Assembly: GCA_045580775.1 (NCBI GenBank)
Contig: JAZNOK010000135.1
Location: 1 to 45,720, forward strand
DNA: 45,720 bases
Reading direction: 5' to 3'
DNA from: Eubacteriales bacterium
GTDB taxonomy: Bacteria > Bacillota > Clostridia > Oscillospirales > CAG-272
Position 1 is the first letter of the stretch, and the number at the start of each line of letters is the position of its first letter. Made by a program: the position numbers and the translations under genes. This document shows, piece after piece, positions 1 through 7,872 of the stretch. Below the pieces are notes generated by a model, which saw only the letters and a program-made list of their open reading frames with translations, made no database searches and was not told where the DNA came from.

Positions 1-94
1 ACTTCCCCAGGCTCCTCAGCAGTTCAAGCAGCTTTTGATGGCTTCGGGATTTGACCGATACTTCCAGATCGCTCCATGCTTCCGTGATGAGGAT
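1..94 (+). repeat. Direct repeat copy 1, base-for-base identical to 181-274. It encodes the AspRS segment [31 protein letters not shown].
   Basis: Manual comparison shows 1-94 = 181-274 with no mismatch. Divergence starts at 95 (a) versus 275 (g). The repeat could extend further left, beyond the window edge. Confidence 0.95.
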
Positions 95-124
95 AAGTCG
101 GATCGTAGCCATGTCGTTCTGTGA
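2..124 (+). pseudogene. aspS: aspS-like reading frame entering from upstream of the window, passing through repeat copy 1 and ending at TGA 122-124
   Basis: The frame starting at nt 2 translates as [40 protein letters not shown]-stop. This is the AspRS motif-2 region followed by 9 unrelated codons and a stop. Confidence 0.5.
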
Positions 125-180
125 GCCAAGGAGATGATAGCCCCAGTTGTCTTTCCTAAGACCGCTTGGCCTCCGACTTC
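95..180 (+). other. 86-nt unique spacer between the two repeat copies, bounded by an 8-bp inverted repeat
   Basis: AAGTCGGA at 95-102 and its exact reverse complement TCCGACTT at 172-179. The spacer contains a TGA at 122-124 in the frame shared by both repeat copies. Confidence 0.9.
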
Positions 181-1393
181 ACTTCCCCAGGCTCCTCAGC
201 AGTTCAAGCAGCTTTTGATGGCTTCGGGATTTGACCGATACTTCCAGATCGCTCCATGCTTCCGTGATGAGGATGCACGTCAGGACAGATCTCCCGGAGA
301 ATTCTATCAGCTTGACTTTGAGATGGCATTTGCAACGCAGGAAGACGTTTTCTCGGTTGCAGAGACAGTTATCTACAATACATTTACCAAATTCTCTGAC
401 AAAAAGGTTTCAAAGCCTCCGTTCCGCCGCATAACATTTGCGGATGCGATGCTAAAGTACGGCTCTGACAAACCTGACCTTCGTAACCCTCTGCTCATTC
501 AGGATCTCACCGATTTCTTTGCAAAGCATGAGTTTTTAAATATCAACGGAAGAACCGTTCCCTTCAAGAATAAGCTTGTCCGCGGTATAGTTGCCAACTA
601 CCTTGTCAAGAAGGATGGTGACGGCGATGGAAAGAAAGCATTCGAAAAAGCTATTGATGCGTACTCAAGAAGTATCGGAATGAAATTCGGTATAGGCTAT
701 ATCACACTTGAAGAAGGTGAATATAAGGGACCTATCGCCAAATTCCTTACCGAAGAGCAAAAATCAGAGCTTACAGCTCTCGTAGGTATCAAGGAAGGAG
801 AGACACTCTTCTTCATCTCTGATTCTGCGACAGTCATTGACAAGCTCTCGGGTGAGATGAGAACATGGATAGCAAACGAGCTTGGACTCATAAAAGACGA
901 CAGCTTTGAATTCTGCTTCATCGTTGATTTCCCCATGTACGAAAGAAACGAGGAAACCGGCAAGATAGACTTTACACACAATCCTTTCTCTATGCCGCAG
1001 GGAGGCATGGACGCACTGCTGAATAAAGATCCTCTTGATATTTTTGCATATCAATACGATATCGTTTGCAATGGCGTGGAGCTTTCATCAGGAGCTGTTC
1101 GTAACCACAATCCGGAAATAATGAAAAAAGCGTTTGAGATAGCAGGCTACGGCGAGGAAGATGTCAAGGCAAAATTCGGTGCTCTTTATACCGCTTTCTC
1201 ATACGGTGCACCTCCTCATCCAGGTATGGCTCCCGGAGTGCACACAATGATAATGCTCATTGCAGGTGAAGAGACTATCCGTGACGTAATCGCATTTCCT
1301 CTCAACGGCAATGCACAAGATCTCATGATGGGTGCACCCGGTGAAGTTACTGAGCAGCAACTGCGTGAAGTTCACATTAAGGTAAGAGACTGA
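134..1393 (+). CDS. aspS: Aspartate--tRNA ligase-like protein, C-terminal ~420 aa (motif 2, bacterial-type insertion domain, motif-3 region). ATG 134 is only the first Met of the reopened frame, so the gene may be split or a pseudogene.
   Basis: Class II AspRS hallmarks in the translation: [57 protein letters not shown] and YGAPPH...IRDVIAFP. There is no anticodon-binding or motif-1 part in this frame because of the TGA at 122-124. Confidence 0.8.
   Translation: MIAPVVFPKTAWPPTSLPQAPQQFKQLLMASGFDRYFQIAPCFRDEDARQDRSPGEFYQLDFEMAFATQEDVFSVAETVIYNTFTKFSDKKVSKPPFRRITFADAMLKYGSDKPDLRNPLLIQDLTDFFAKHEFLNINGRTVPFKNKLVRGIVANYLVKKDGDGDGKKAFEKAIDAYSRSIGMKFGIGYITLEEGEYKGPIAKFLTEEQKSELTALVGIKEGETLFFISDSATVIDKLSGEMRTWIANELGLIKDDSFEFCFIVDFPMYERNEETGKIDFTHNPFSMPQGGMDALLNKDPLDIFAYQYDIVCNGVELSSGAVRNHNPEIMKKAFEIAGYGEEDVKAKFGALYTAFSYGAPPHPGMAPGVHTMIMLIAGEETIRDVIAFPLNGNAQDLMMGAPGEVTEQQLREVHIKVRD
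181..274 (+). repeat. Direct repeat copy 2, part of the long aspS-like ORF
   Basis: Identical to 1-94. It lies 180 nt (60 codons) downstream of copy 1, so both copies are in the same frame. Confidence 0.95.
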
Positions 1394-1414
1394 TCGTAAT
1401 TACCGGAATTTACA

Positions 1415-1440
1415 GCATAGCAAGCTCACGCTTGCTATGC
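1415..1440 (+). other. Stem-loop between aspS-like gene and gatC (11-bp stem, 4-nt loop, no U-tract)
   Basis: GCATAGCAAGC (1415-1425), loop TCAC, GCTTGCTATGC (1430-1440). It is followed by CGATCAATG, so it is not a canonical intrinsic terminator. Confidence 0.4.
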
Positions 1441-1481
1441 CGATCAATGATTATATATGAGTGAAAAGGAGCAAAACGAAA

Positions 1482-1763
1482 ATGGATAAAAAAACACTCA
1501 GATTGCTAGAAATGCTAAATCAGCTCAGTTTGACTGAAAAACAAAAGGACGAAGTCATAGACTTTTTCTCAGTAAGAGAAAATGAATTAGAGTCTCTTGG
1601 CTCGATCGACACCTCAAATATTGAAAGAATGGTTCACGTAATGCCGATAATGACGGTAGTTCGTGAAGATGTAGTCTCACAAAAGTACACAAGAGACGAA
1701 CTCCAGTCCGGTGCACCCGAAACTGATGAGTACTACTGGTGTGTACCCAAGGTAGTTGAATAA
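1482..1763 (+). CDS. gatC: Asp/Glu-tRNA amidotransferase subunit C
   Basis: AAGGAG at 1466-1471 with ATG at 1482. The product is ~93 aa with a C-terminal ..VREDVV..GAPE..VPKVVE pattern. It sits directly before gatA/gatB. The track ORF start at 1461 (GTG) overlaps the RBS. Confidence 0.8.
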   Translation: MDKKTLRLLEMLNQLSLTEKQKDEVIDFFSVRENELESLGSIDTSNIERMVHVMPIMTVVREDVVSQKYTRDELQSGAPETDEYYWCVPKVVE

Positions 1764-1784
1764 AGGGCTTGGGAGGATATCAAA

Positions 1785-2978
1785 ATGAAATTATATACAA
1801 CAAAGATAAATACATCTGAAGATAAGTCTTTTATCTGTGATGATATGATCCTCACAAAAGATATACCGACATCAGCCGGTTCAAAGATGCTGGATGGCTA
1901 CATCAGCCTTTTTGAAGCAGAAGTGTTGACTCGTGCTAAAGCGAGCGGATACACACTCGCAGGTAAATGTGCTGTTGGTGAGTTTGCGTTTGACACACTC
2001 GGAGAATCGTCTTTTGGCGGAGCAATTTACAAGGATAAGAAGCTTGTTTTAGCTGCAGCCCAGATAATAAGTTCCGGGGATGTAAACACAGCTATATGCC
2101 TCGATGCTAACGGTTCGGTCAGACGCGGGGCTGCTCAGTCAGGCCTTGTCAGTATCAAACCCACCTATGGTACAGTATCTCGTTTTGGTGCTGTTCCGGT
2201 AGCGTGTTCGGGTGATACCGTCAGCATTCTCGGCAAAACCGCCGATAACTGTGCCCAAATGCTGTCAATTATTCAAGGACATGATGATAAAGACGGAACC
2301 AGTCTGCCGCAGAGCCAATGCGATCTTGCCAAAATACCAACAGCTCCAAAGAAGATTGCTGTACTCAGATCTATGAACAAGGGTATTAACGAAGATGTAC
2401 AATCAAAGATCGATACTTTCTGTAAAGTTATGTCCGATTGCGGTATAGAAATATGCGAGATCGAAGATGATGTCATATTCAAGTCAAAGATCGCCTGGAA
2501 CATCCTCATGAGTGCTGAGCTCTGCAATAACGTCTCGAAATACGACGGAGTTAAATACGGATACCGTGCTGAAAACTTCAGCGGAATAGACGAATTATAC
2601 ACAAACAGCAGAACAGAAGCATTCGGAGATCTTCTGAAAACAGCAATACTCTTTGGTTCAGAGACTCTTTCAACTGAAAACTATATGAAAGTATATGATA
2701 AGTCTCTGCGTACCAGACGTGTTATAGCAGAAGCTTTTGCCTCCATTTTTGAATCTTTTGATGCTGTCATTATGCCGGCTTGCTCAAAGATGGAATATTC
2801 AGAGGAGCTTGTCAGCGAAAACAAGTATCTCTGCTATGAAGAAAACTTCTATACAGCTCCTGCATCAATCACAGGACTTCCTGCAGTAGTTGTAGGAGGC
2901 GTTCAGTTGGTAGGCAAAGCTTTCTCCGATACAACACTGCTAAACATAGCAAATCTCTATGAAAAGGAGGGCAAGTGA
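1785..2978 (+). CDS. gatA: GatA-like amidase-family subunit, unusually short (397 aa) with a degenerate amidase signature
   Basis: RBS GGGAGGA at 1771-1777. GatA-like blocks present: TKDIPTSAGSKML, GKCAVGEFAF, NGSVRRGAAQSGLVSIKPTYGTVSRFG, DGVKYGYR. The Gly/Ser-rich GGSSGGS loop and the ~45-aa N-terminal region of canonical GatA are absent. Confidence 0.75.
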   Translation: MKLYTTKINTSEDKSFICDDMILTKDIPTSAGSKMLDGYISLFEAEVLTRAKASGYTLAGKCAVGEFAFDTLGESSFGGAIYKDKKLVLAAAQIISSGDVNTAICLDANGSVRRGAAQSGLVSIKPTYGTVSRFGAVPVACSGDTVSILGKTADNCAQMLSIIQGHDDKDGTSLPQSQCDLAKIPTAPKKIAVLRSMNKGINEDVQSKIDTFCKVMSDCGIEICEIEDDVIFKSKIAWNILMSAELCNNVSKYDGVKYGYRAENFSGIDELYTNSRTEAFGDLLKTAILFGSETLSTENYMKVYDKSLRTRRVIAEAFASIFESFDAVIMPACSKMEYSEELVSENKYLCYEENFYTAPASITGLPAVVVGGVQLVGKAFSDTTLLNIANLYEKEGK

Positions 2979-2979
2979 T

Positions 2980-4419
2980 ATGAATTACGAAACCGTCATC
3001 GGTCTGGAGGTACACATAGAACTCGCGACCAATTCAAAAATATTCTGTTCATGCTCTGCCCACTCCTTCGGAGCCGACCCAAACGAACATGTATGCCCTG
3101 CTTGTTGCGGTATGCCGGGTATGCTTCCGGTAGTTAACAAAAGAGTCGTCGATTACGGTATGAAGGCCGGTCTGATGCTCAACTGTGATATCAACCGCAT
3201 AACAACCTTTGATAAAAAGAGCTACTATTACCCTGATCTACCCTCTGCCTATCAAACTACACAATGGTTCTCCCCGGTCGCAGTAAACGGCAGAGTAGAT
3301 ATTGAGACATCGAAAGGCAAAAAAAGCATCCGAATAAAACAGATTCACATGGAAGAGGACGCAGGAAAGCTCGTACACGATATTCGCGAAGACACAACAC
3401 ACGTAGACTTCAACCGTACAAGCGTCCCTCTGATAGAAATAGTAAGCCAACCTGATCTATCGAGTGCGGAAGAAGTGGAAGCTTACCTCGACCGTCTAAA
3501 GACACTGCTCCGCTATGCAAAAGTAGCAGAGTGTGAAATGGCACACGGCACGATGCGATGCGACGTTAATCTCTCAGTAAAACCTGAGGGCAGTGATGTT
3601 CTTGGAGTTCGTACTGAGATGAAAAACATGAATTCTATTGAAGCTATCAAACGTGCTATCGAATATGAGACCGCACGTCATATAGATGCAATAGAGAACA
3701 AAACAGAGATACTCGTTCAAGAGACACGCCGCTGGGATGATATCAAGGGCAAGAGCTACGCCATGAGAACCAAGGAAACTGCGGGAGATTACAGGTACTT
3801 CCCTGATCCTAATGTAATGCCCATTGTGATAGATGATGAGTGGTATAACTCTATATCATCAACGCTTCCGGAATTTCCCGAAGTCAAGCGTAAGAGATAC
3901 ATGGAAGAATTCGGACTTTCCGATTATGACGCCGAGCAGCTTTCCAAGAGTATCGTTCTCTGCGAGTGTTTTGAAGAAGCGGTAAAGATCTGCGGAAGTG
4001 CTAAGGATGCTGTAAACTGGATACTCACCGACGTTATCGGTACTCTGAAAGCAAAGAAAATGACCACTGAAATGCTCGACATAGATGCATCAGCATTCGG
4101 ACAGCTCATCCTTCTTGTCATAGACGGAAAAGTAGGTAGAGCCAACGCAAAGAAGATACTTGCAGATATGTTTGATGATAAGAGTATTGTTCCCGAAGAG
4201 TATGCAAAAGATAAAGGATATATCGTATCTAACGACACAGGATTGATCGAAAAGGTCGTATGTGATGTGATTGCATCAGATCCCAAATCAGTTGCTGACT
4301 ACAAGGGAGGAAAAGAAAAAGCACTCATGTCTCTGTTCGGAAAATGTATGAAAGAGCTCAAGGGTAACTGTGATCCTCAAACATTGCGTCAGATCCTCAT
4401 AAACAGTATTAACAAATAA
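2980..4419 (+). CDS. gatB: Asp/Glu-tRNA amidotransferase subunit B
   Basis: RBS AAGGAGG at 2964-2970 with ATG at 2980, 1 nt after the gatA stop. Motifs VIGLEVHIEL, YYYPDLPSAYQTTQ, HMEEDAGKLVH, NRTSVPLIEIV, GDYRYFPDP, and a YqeY-like tail. Confidence 0.9.
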   Translation: MNYETVIGLEVHIELATNSKIFCSCSAHSFGADPNEHVCPACCGMPGMLPVVNKRVVDYGMKAGLMLNCDINRITTFDKKSYYYPDLPSAYQTTQWFSPVAVNGRVDIETSKGKKSIRIKQIHMEEDAGKLVHDIREDTTHVDFNRTSVPLIEIVSQPDLSSAEEVEAYLDRLKTLLRYAKVAECEMAHGTMRCDVNLSVKPEGSDVLGVRTEMKNMNSIEAIKRAIEYETARHIDAIENKTEILVQETRRWDDIKGKSYAMRTKETAGDYRYFPDPNVMPIVIDDEWYNSISSTLPEFPEVKRKRYMEEFGLSDYDAEQLSKSIVLCECFEEAVKICGSAKDAVNWILTDVIGTLKAKKMTTEMLDIDASAFGQLILLVIDGKVGRANAKKILADMFDDKSIVPEEYAKDKGYIVSNDTGLIEKVVCDVIASDPKSVADYKGGKEKALMSLFGKCMKELKGNCDPQTLRQILINSINK

Positions 4420-4421
4420 TT

Positions 4422-4460
4422 AAAAAATACGGACTGTTCAATTACGGTCCGTATTTTTTC
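4422..4460 (+). terminator. Intrinsic terminator after gatB
   Basis: ATACGGAC (4427-4434) pairs with GTCCGTAT (4447-4454). An A-run lies before and a T-run (4455-4459) after. Confidence 0.8.
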
Positions 4461-4512
4461 ATCCCAGACAAAAGATGCGGAGAAAAAAATATGACGTTTT
4501 TCTCTTTTTCTG

Positions 4513-4541
4513 TTGACATCTTTCAACTCGCATGTTATAAT
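4513..4541 (+). promoter_or_regulatory. Sigma-A type promoter of the arsR-like/sdpI-like operon
   Basis: TTGACA (4513-4518), 17 nt, TATAAT (4536-4541). Confidence 0.75.
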
Positions 4542-4565
4542 ACATTTAACAGTTAGGTTAAATGT
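4542..4565 (+). promoter_or_regulatory. Candidate operator: perfect 9-bp inverted repeat immediately after the -10 box
   Basis: ACATTTAAC (4542-4550), 6 nt, GTTAAATGT (4557-4565). It overlaps the predicted transcription start, as expected for an autoregulated ArsR-family repressor. Confidence 0.55.
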
Positions 4566-4582
4566 TAAATGAGGGGTGGACT

Positions 4583-4861
4583 ATGGGACTGCAAAACACA
4601 TTACGAGCACTATCTGATCCAACAAGACGAGAAATACTAAATCTGCTCAAACATGGACGAATGAGTGCAGGAGATATCGTAGCTCAATTTGATGTAACAG
4701 GAGCATCTATATCAAGACACCTGTCTGTGCTCAAAGAAGCTGACCTAATACGCGACACAAGGGAGGGAAAGTATATATACTATGAAATTAACACTTCTGT
4801 CCTTGAGGAGATCATGTTATGGATAGAAGCCTTGAAAGGAGATTGCAATGAAGATCAATAA
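4583..4861 (+). CDS. ArsR/SmtB-family winged-helix transcriptional repressor (SdpR-like)
   Basis: ALSDPTRREILNLL...GASISRHLSVLKEADLI signature. RBS GAGGGGTGG precedes ATG 4583. The track start at 4562 lies inside the operator. Confidence 0.85.
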   Translation: MGLQNTLRALSDPTRREILNLLKHGRMSAGDIVAQFDVTGASISRHLSVLKEADLIRDTREGKYIYYEINTSVLEEIMLWIEALKGDCNEDQ

Positions 4862-5942
4862 ACTCAAGATGATAATATCAACCGTCATTATTTTTTTACC
4901 GACTGTCTTTGGACTCATATTTTCAAAACAACTATCACAAACCATAGCAATACATTGGGGTTTAGACGGAAATCCTGATCAGTATGCTTCGACATTGTGG
5001 GTTGTTGTACTTTTCCCTGCTCTAATTGCTATACTACAATGGATATGTGTTTTTATAACCAACAAAACAAACCAAAACATAAAACAAAGCAAAAAGGTAC
5101 TAGAACTGATATATTGGATTTGTCCTGCTATATCTATCTTTTCAAGCGGAGTCATCTACTCTGCAGGATTAGGATTGAAACCTGACATGCTGTTTTTGAT
5201 GTGTTGCTTCTTTGGTATTCTTTTTATCATAATCGGAAACTATATGCCGAAATGTTTACAAAACAGTACCGTGGGTATAAAGATTAAATGGACACTGGCG
5301 AACGAGGAAAACTGGAATGCTACGCATCGTTTTACAGGCAGAGTATGGTTTTTTAGCGGAATTGTTCTCTTTCTTATTGCTTTTCTGCAAGGTAACATTC
5401 GATACTATTGCATTACAACAGTAATGATTGTGGCAATCATGTCTCCTCTCGTCTATTCATATATATATTACAGAAAACAACTATCGGGCGGTGCTCTTAC
5501 AAAAGATGATTTCAAATATCAATGTTCAAGCAAAAGAGCCGCAATTGTCGGCACAATTGTTACTGTTATTATACTTGCGACGGTGCTTTTTATCATGTTT
5601 ACAGGCAATGTTAAGATTGGCTTTTATGATGATAAACTTGAAATTGACGCAACCTACTGGGAAGACACTTTTCTTAATTTCTCAGATATATCAGACGTCG
5701 AGTATATAAATTCTATTGAAAAAGCAGAGAGATTAAACGGATTTGCCTCAGGTAGACTCATGCTCGGATGGTTTAACTCACAAGAGCTTGAAAATCATAC
5801 CCGATATATGTATATCTCATGTAAAAGTTGTGTTCTCATTACTACAAAAGAAGGAAAGAAACTGGTTATAAACAGACCTGATGAATCTCAGACATGGGCA
5901 CTTTATGAAGATTTATTATTGCGACTCGATCATCTCAAATAA
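4848..5942 (+). CDS. SdpI-like polytopic membrane protein (about 7 TM) with a C-terminal soluble ~110-aa domain
   Basis: RBS AAAGGAG at 4835-4841. It overlaps the arsR-like gene by 14 nt. Seven hydrophobic segments are followed by a soluble tail (YWEDTFLNFSDISDVEY...GRLMLGWF...), possibly a bacterial PH-like fold. Confidence 0.6.
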   Translation: MKINKLKMIISTVIIFLPTVFGLIFSKQLSQTIAIHWGLDGNPDQYASTLWVVVLFPALIAILQWICVFITNKTNQNIKQSKKVLELIYWICPAISIFSSGVIYSAGLGLKPDMLFLMCCFFGILFIIIGNYMPKCLQNSTVGIKIKWTLANEENWNATHRFTGRVWFFSGIVLFLIAFLQGNIRYYCITTVMIVAIMSPLVYSYIYYRKQLSGGALTKDDFKYQCSSKRAAIVGTIVTVIILATVLFIMFTGNVKIGFYDDKLEIDATYWEDTFLNFSDISDVEYINSIEKAERLNGFASGRLMLGWFNSQELENHTRYMYISCKSCVLITTKEGKKLVINRPDESQTWALYEDLLLRLDHLK

Positions 5943-5976
5943 AATAAATGCTCGGCTGACAGCCGAGCATTTATTT
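5942..5976. terminator. Bidirectional terminator between convergent genes
   Basis: AAATAAATGCTCGGCT (5942-5957), loop GAC, AGCCGAGCATTTATTT (5961-5976). This is a 16-bp perfect stem with A/T runs on both sides. Confidence 0.85.
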
Positions 5977-7688
5977 TATTTGAGAACAACTTCAAACCAT
6001 GAATCAATATCGTCCTTAACTGTTTTTGTAAAATGCGAGGTAACAAGTCCCTCGTCAGTCATTTCATCCAGCTCCGCATATACAGAAAACTTCTGCATAT
6101 CTTTCACCGGCTTTTCTATTGAAATAACAGTGGCGGTTCCCCATTCATCCTGATTATCCGTATCTGATGATGTAATAGCAAAGCTACGGTACTCACAATC
6201 CATCGGCTCTCCGTTGAGCGTGACGGACACCCCATTCGAATTTCTTGTGAGCATAATATCCTCACCTTCGACAGAAAGGTAAATCTTCTCTGCATCCTTT
6301 TCATCAGTGGTCTTGTCAAGTCGATCTATTCTTATAAACAAATGATCACAGCTATGCATAAAACCAAGCGAAACCTGTGCATCCGTCTCGGCACCGAGGA
6401 ACAAAGCATCTGTACTCTGCTCCCATGCTTTATCTGCATATATATCGCAAGACACACATTTGGGTGCGTATATAGTATGATTTAGATAATAACGGCAGAG
6501 CATCATATCATTGTCACTTGTCCATGGGCGTGTAGTTCTATCTTCCCACACCTTAGGCATAGCGGCTATCACGCGGTGAGAGGCATCCACGCACAAGCAT
6601 CCCCAATATCCCGGATGACCGTCAAAAGCGACAATATCATGCTCTGAAGTTAGGTTCTTTGCATATTCATCGCCAAGCCTGAGGTGGAACTGGTCTGCGG
6701 TATTATAGGATAAAAGCGTCTCGCCTGACTCAAACTGAACTATGTACGGACCTGCACCAAAGTCAAATGCCGTGTTCTTATCTTCGGGTCCGTCTTCGTC
6801 TATATCCAATTCTCTTGCCCAGTTATCGTGAGTATAGCTCATAGTCAGCAAAAATCTTCCGCGAGCCATGTCTGATTCGGTAGCAAGTGCAATATCCCCA
6901 TTATGAAGCTCTACTGCCACGGGCATTTGATTTGTAAAGCACTTTGTTCCATTGTCAAGCGACTCAACATAGCTCTGTGTAACTCTATGTGCAGCGTAAG
7001 GCGGCTCCTTTACATCCGGGGTCCATGTATGTCCACCGTCAAAAGAACGTATTATAGCACTACCGCTTGAGGTATGGATCTTTGCATCAGTCTTTACTCT
7101 TGGTTCATAATAGAATTTTGGTGCTGTATGAGAAAAATACAACTGAAGTTCTCCGCTCTTGAGAAGTAAAGGTGCACTTTCCCAGTTTCTTCCAAGATAT
7201 ATCTGTTTTCCTTCGGACCAGGTCATTCCGTTATCGTTTGATCTTTTCATCACGATACCGCTATATTTTGAATCAAGATTATATCCCGATCTGTATCTGT
7301 ATGAACAAAAGGCAAGTATCTCGCCATCCGGCATTACCTGAGCATCGCAATTACACCAGTATATGTAATCTTCTTCACCGTCATCTCTGACAGTTTTATA
7401 AGACATAAAAATAGGCTCTCTCGCAGTCCAGTTAAGTCCATCCTTACTCTTTGTATAAAAGCAATTACCCGAAACTCTGCCATCTTGATGGAACATAATG
7501 TAACTTCCGTCCAAAAGAACTTTGATCCTTGGATAATACACTCTCTTTGAAAAAGCAGCACTACTCTCCCCATCAATAATTCTGAAGCTACGTCTGTCTG
7601 CTTCAATCTGAGACTTGTGAGTTATTTTTGCGTGAGAATCTGCCCCCTGTGTATCACAGTTCAGATTCGATATGTTTCTTACTATCAT
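5976..7688 (-). CDS. Cytoplasmic BNR/Asp-box beta-propeller protein (sialidase-superfamily fold) with a C-terminal carbohydrate-binding-like domain
   Basis: Asp-box motifs KSKDGLNWT, RSNDNGMTWS and RSFDGGHTWT, plus YPRIK near the N-terminus. No signal peptide. RBS GGAGGA 5 nt upstream of the start. It is a paralog of the 10770-12620 product (shared PYI.QFESGET.LSY). Confidence 0.7.
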   Translation of the reverse strand: MIVRNISNLNCDTQGADSHAKITHKSQIEADRRSFRIIDGESSAAFSKRVYYPRIKVLLDGSYIMFHQDGRVSGNCFYTKSKDGLNWTAREPIFMSYKTVRDDGEEDYIYWCNCDAQVMPDGEILAFCSYRYRSGYNLDSKYSGIVMKRSNDNGMTWSEGKQIYLGRNWESAPLLLKSGELQLYFSHTAPKFYYEPRVKTDAKIHTSSGSAIIRSFDGGHTWTPDVKEPPYAAHRVTQSYVESLDNGTKCFTNQMPVAVELHNGDIALATESDMARGRFLLTMSYTHDNWARELDIDEDGPEDKNTAFDFGAGPYIVQFESGETLLSYNTADQFHLRLGDEYAKNLTSEHDIVAFDGHPGYWGCLCVDASHRVIAAMPKVWEDRTTRPWTSDNDMMLCRYYLNHTIYAPKCVSCDIYADKAWEQSTDALFLGAETDAQVSLGFMHSCDHLFIRIDRLDKTTDEKDAEKIYLSVEGEDIMLTRNSNGVSVTLNGEPMDCEYRSFAITSSDTDNQDEWGTATVISIEKPVKDMQKFSVYAELDEMTDEGLVTSHFTKTVKDDIDSWFEVVLK

Positions 7689-7872
7689 GACATCCTCCGA
7701 TGTATAATATTTATATTTTTATAATACCAAAAAACAGTAGATGTATCAAGACAATTTTTTAAATTTATTTCTTTAAAAAATACCATTATGAGTAATAATA
7801 ACAATGAAATTGTAATAAAGATATAACGTCGGATAAAAGTGCCGGAAATATTTTTACACTAAGGATGGATCT

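Noticed and set aside
95-180. The 86-nt spacer, considered as a structured RNA (tRNA-like, T-box leader or riboswitch) or a MITE.
   Set aside because: Apart from the 8-bp terminal inverted repeat, I find no cloverleaf and no T-box (GGGTGGTACCGCG-like) sequence. There is no short target-site duplication flanking the inverted repeats. Its right half reads as plausible AspRS coding sequence.
1-274. The 94-bp repeats, considered as a template/variable repeat pair of a diversity-generating retroelement.
   Set aside because: The copies are identical, with no adenine-specific differences. No reverse transcriptase gene is present in the window.
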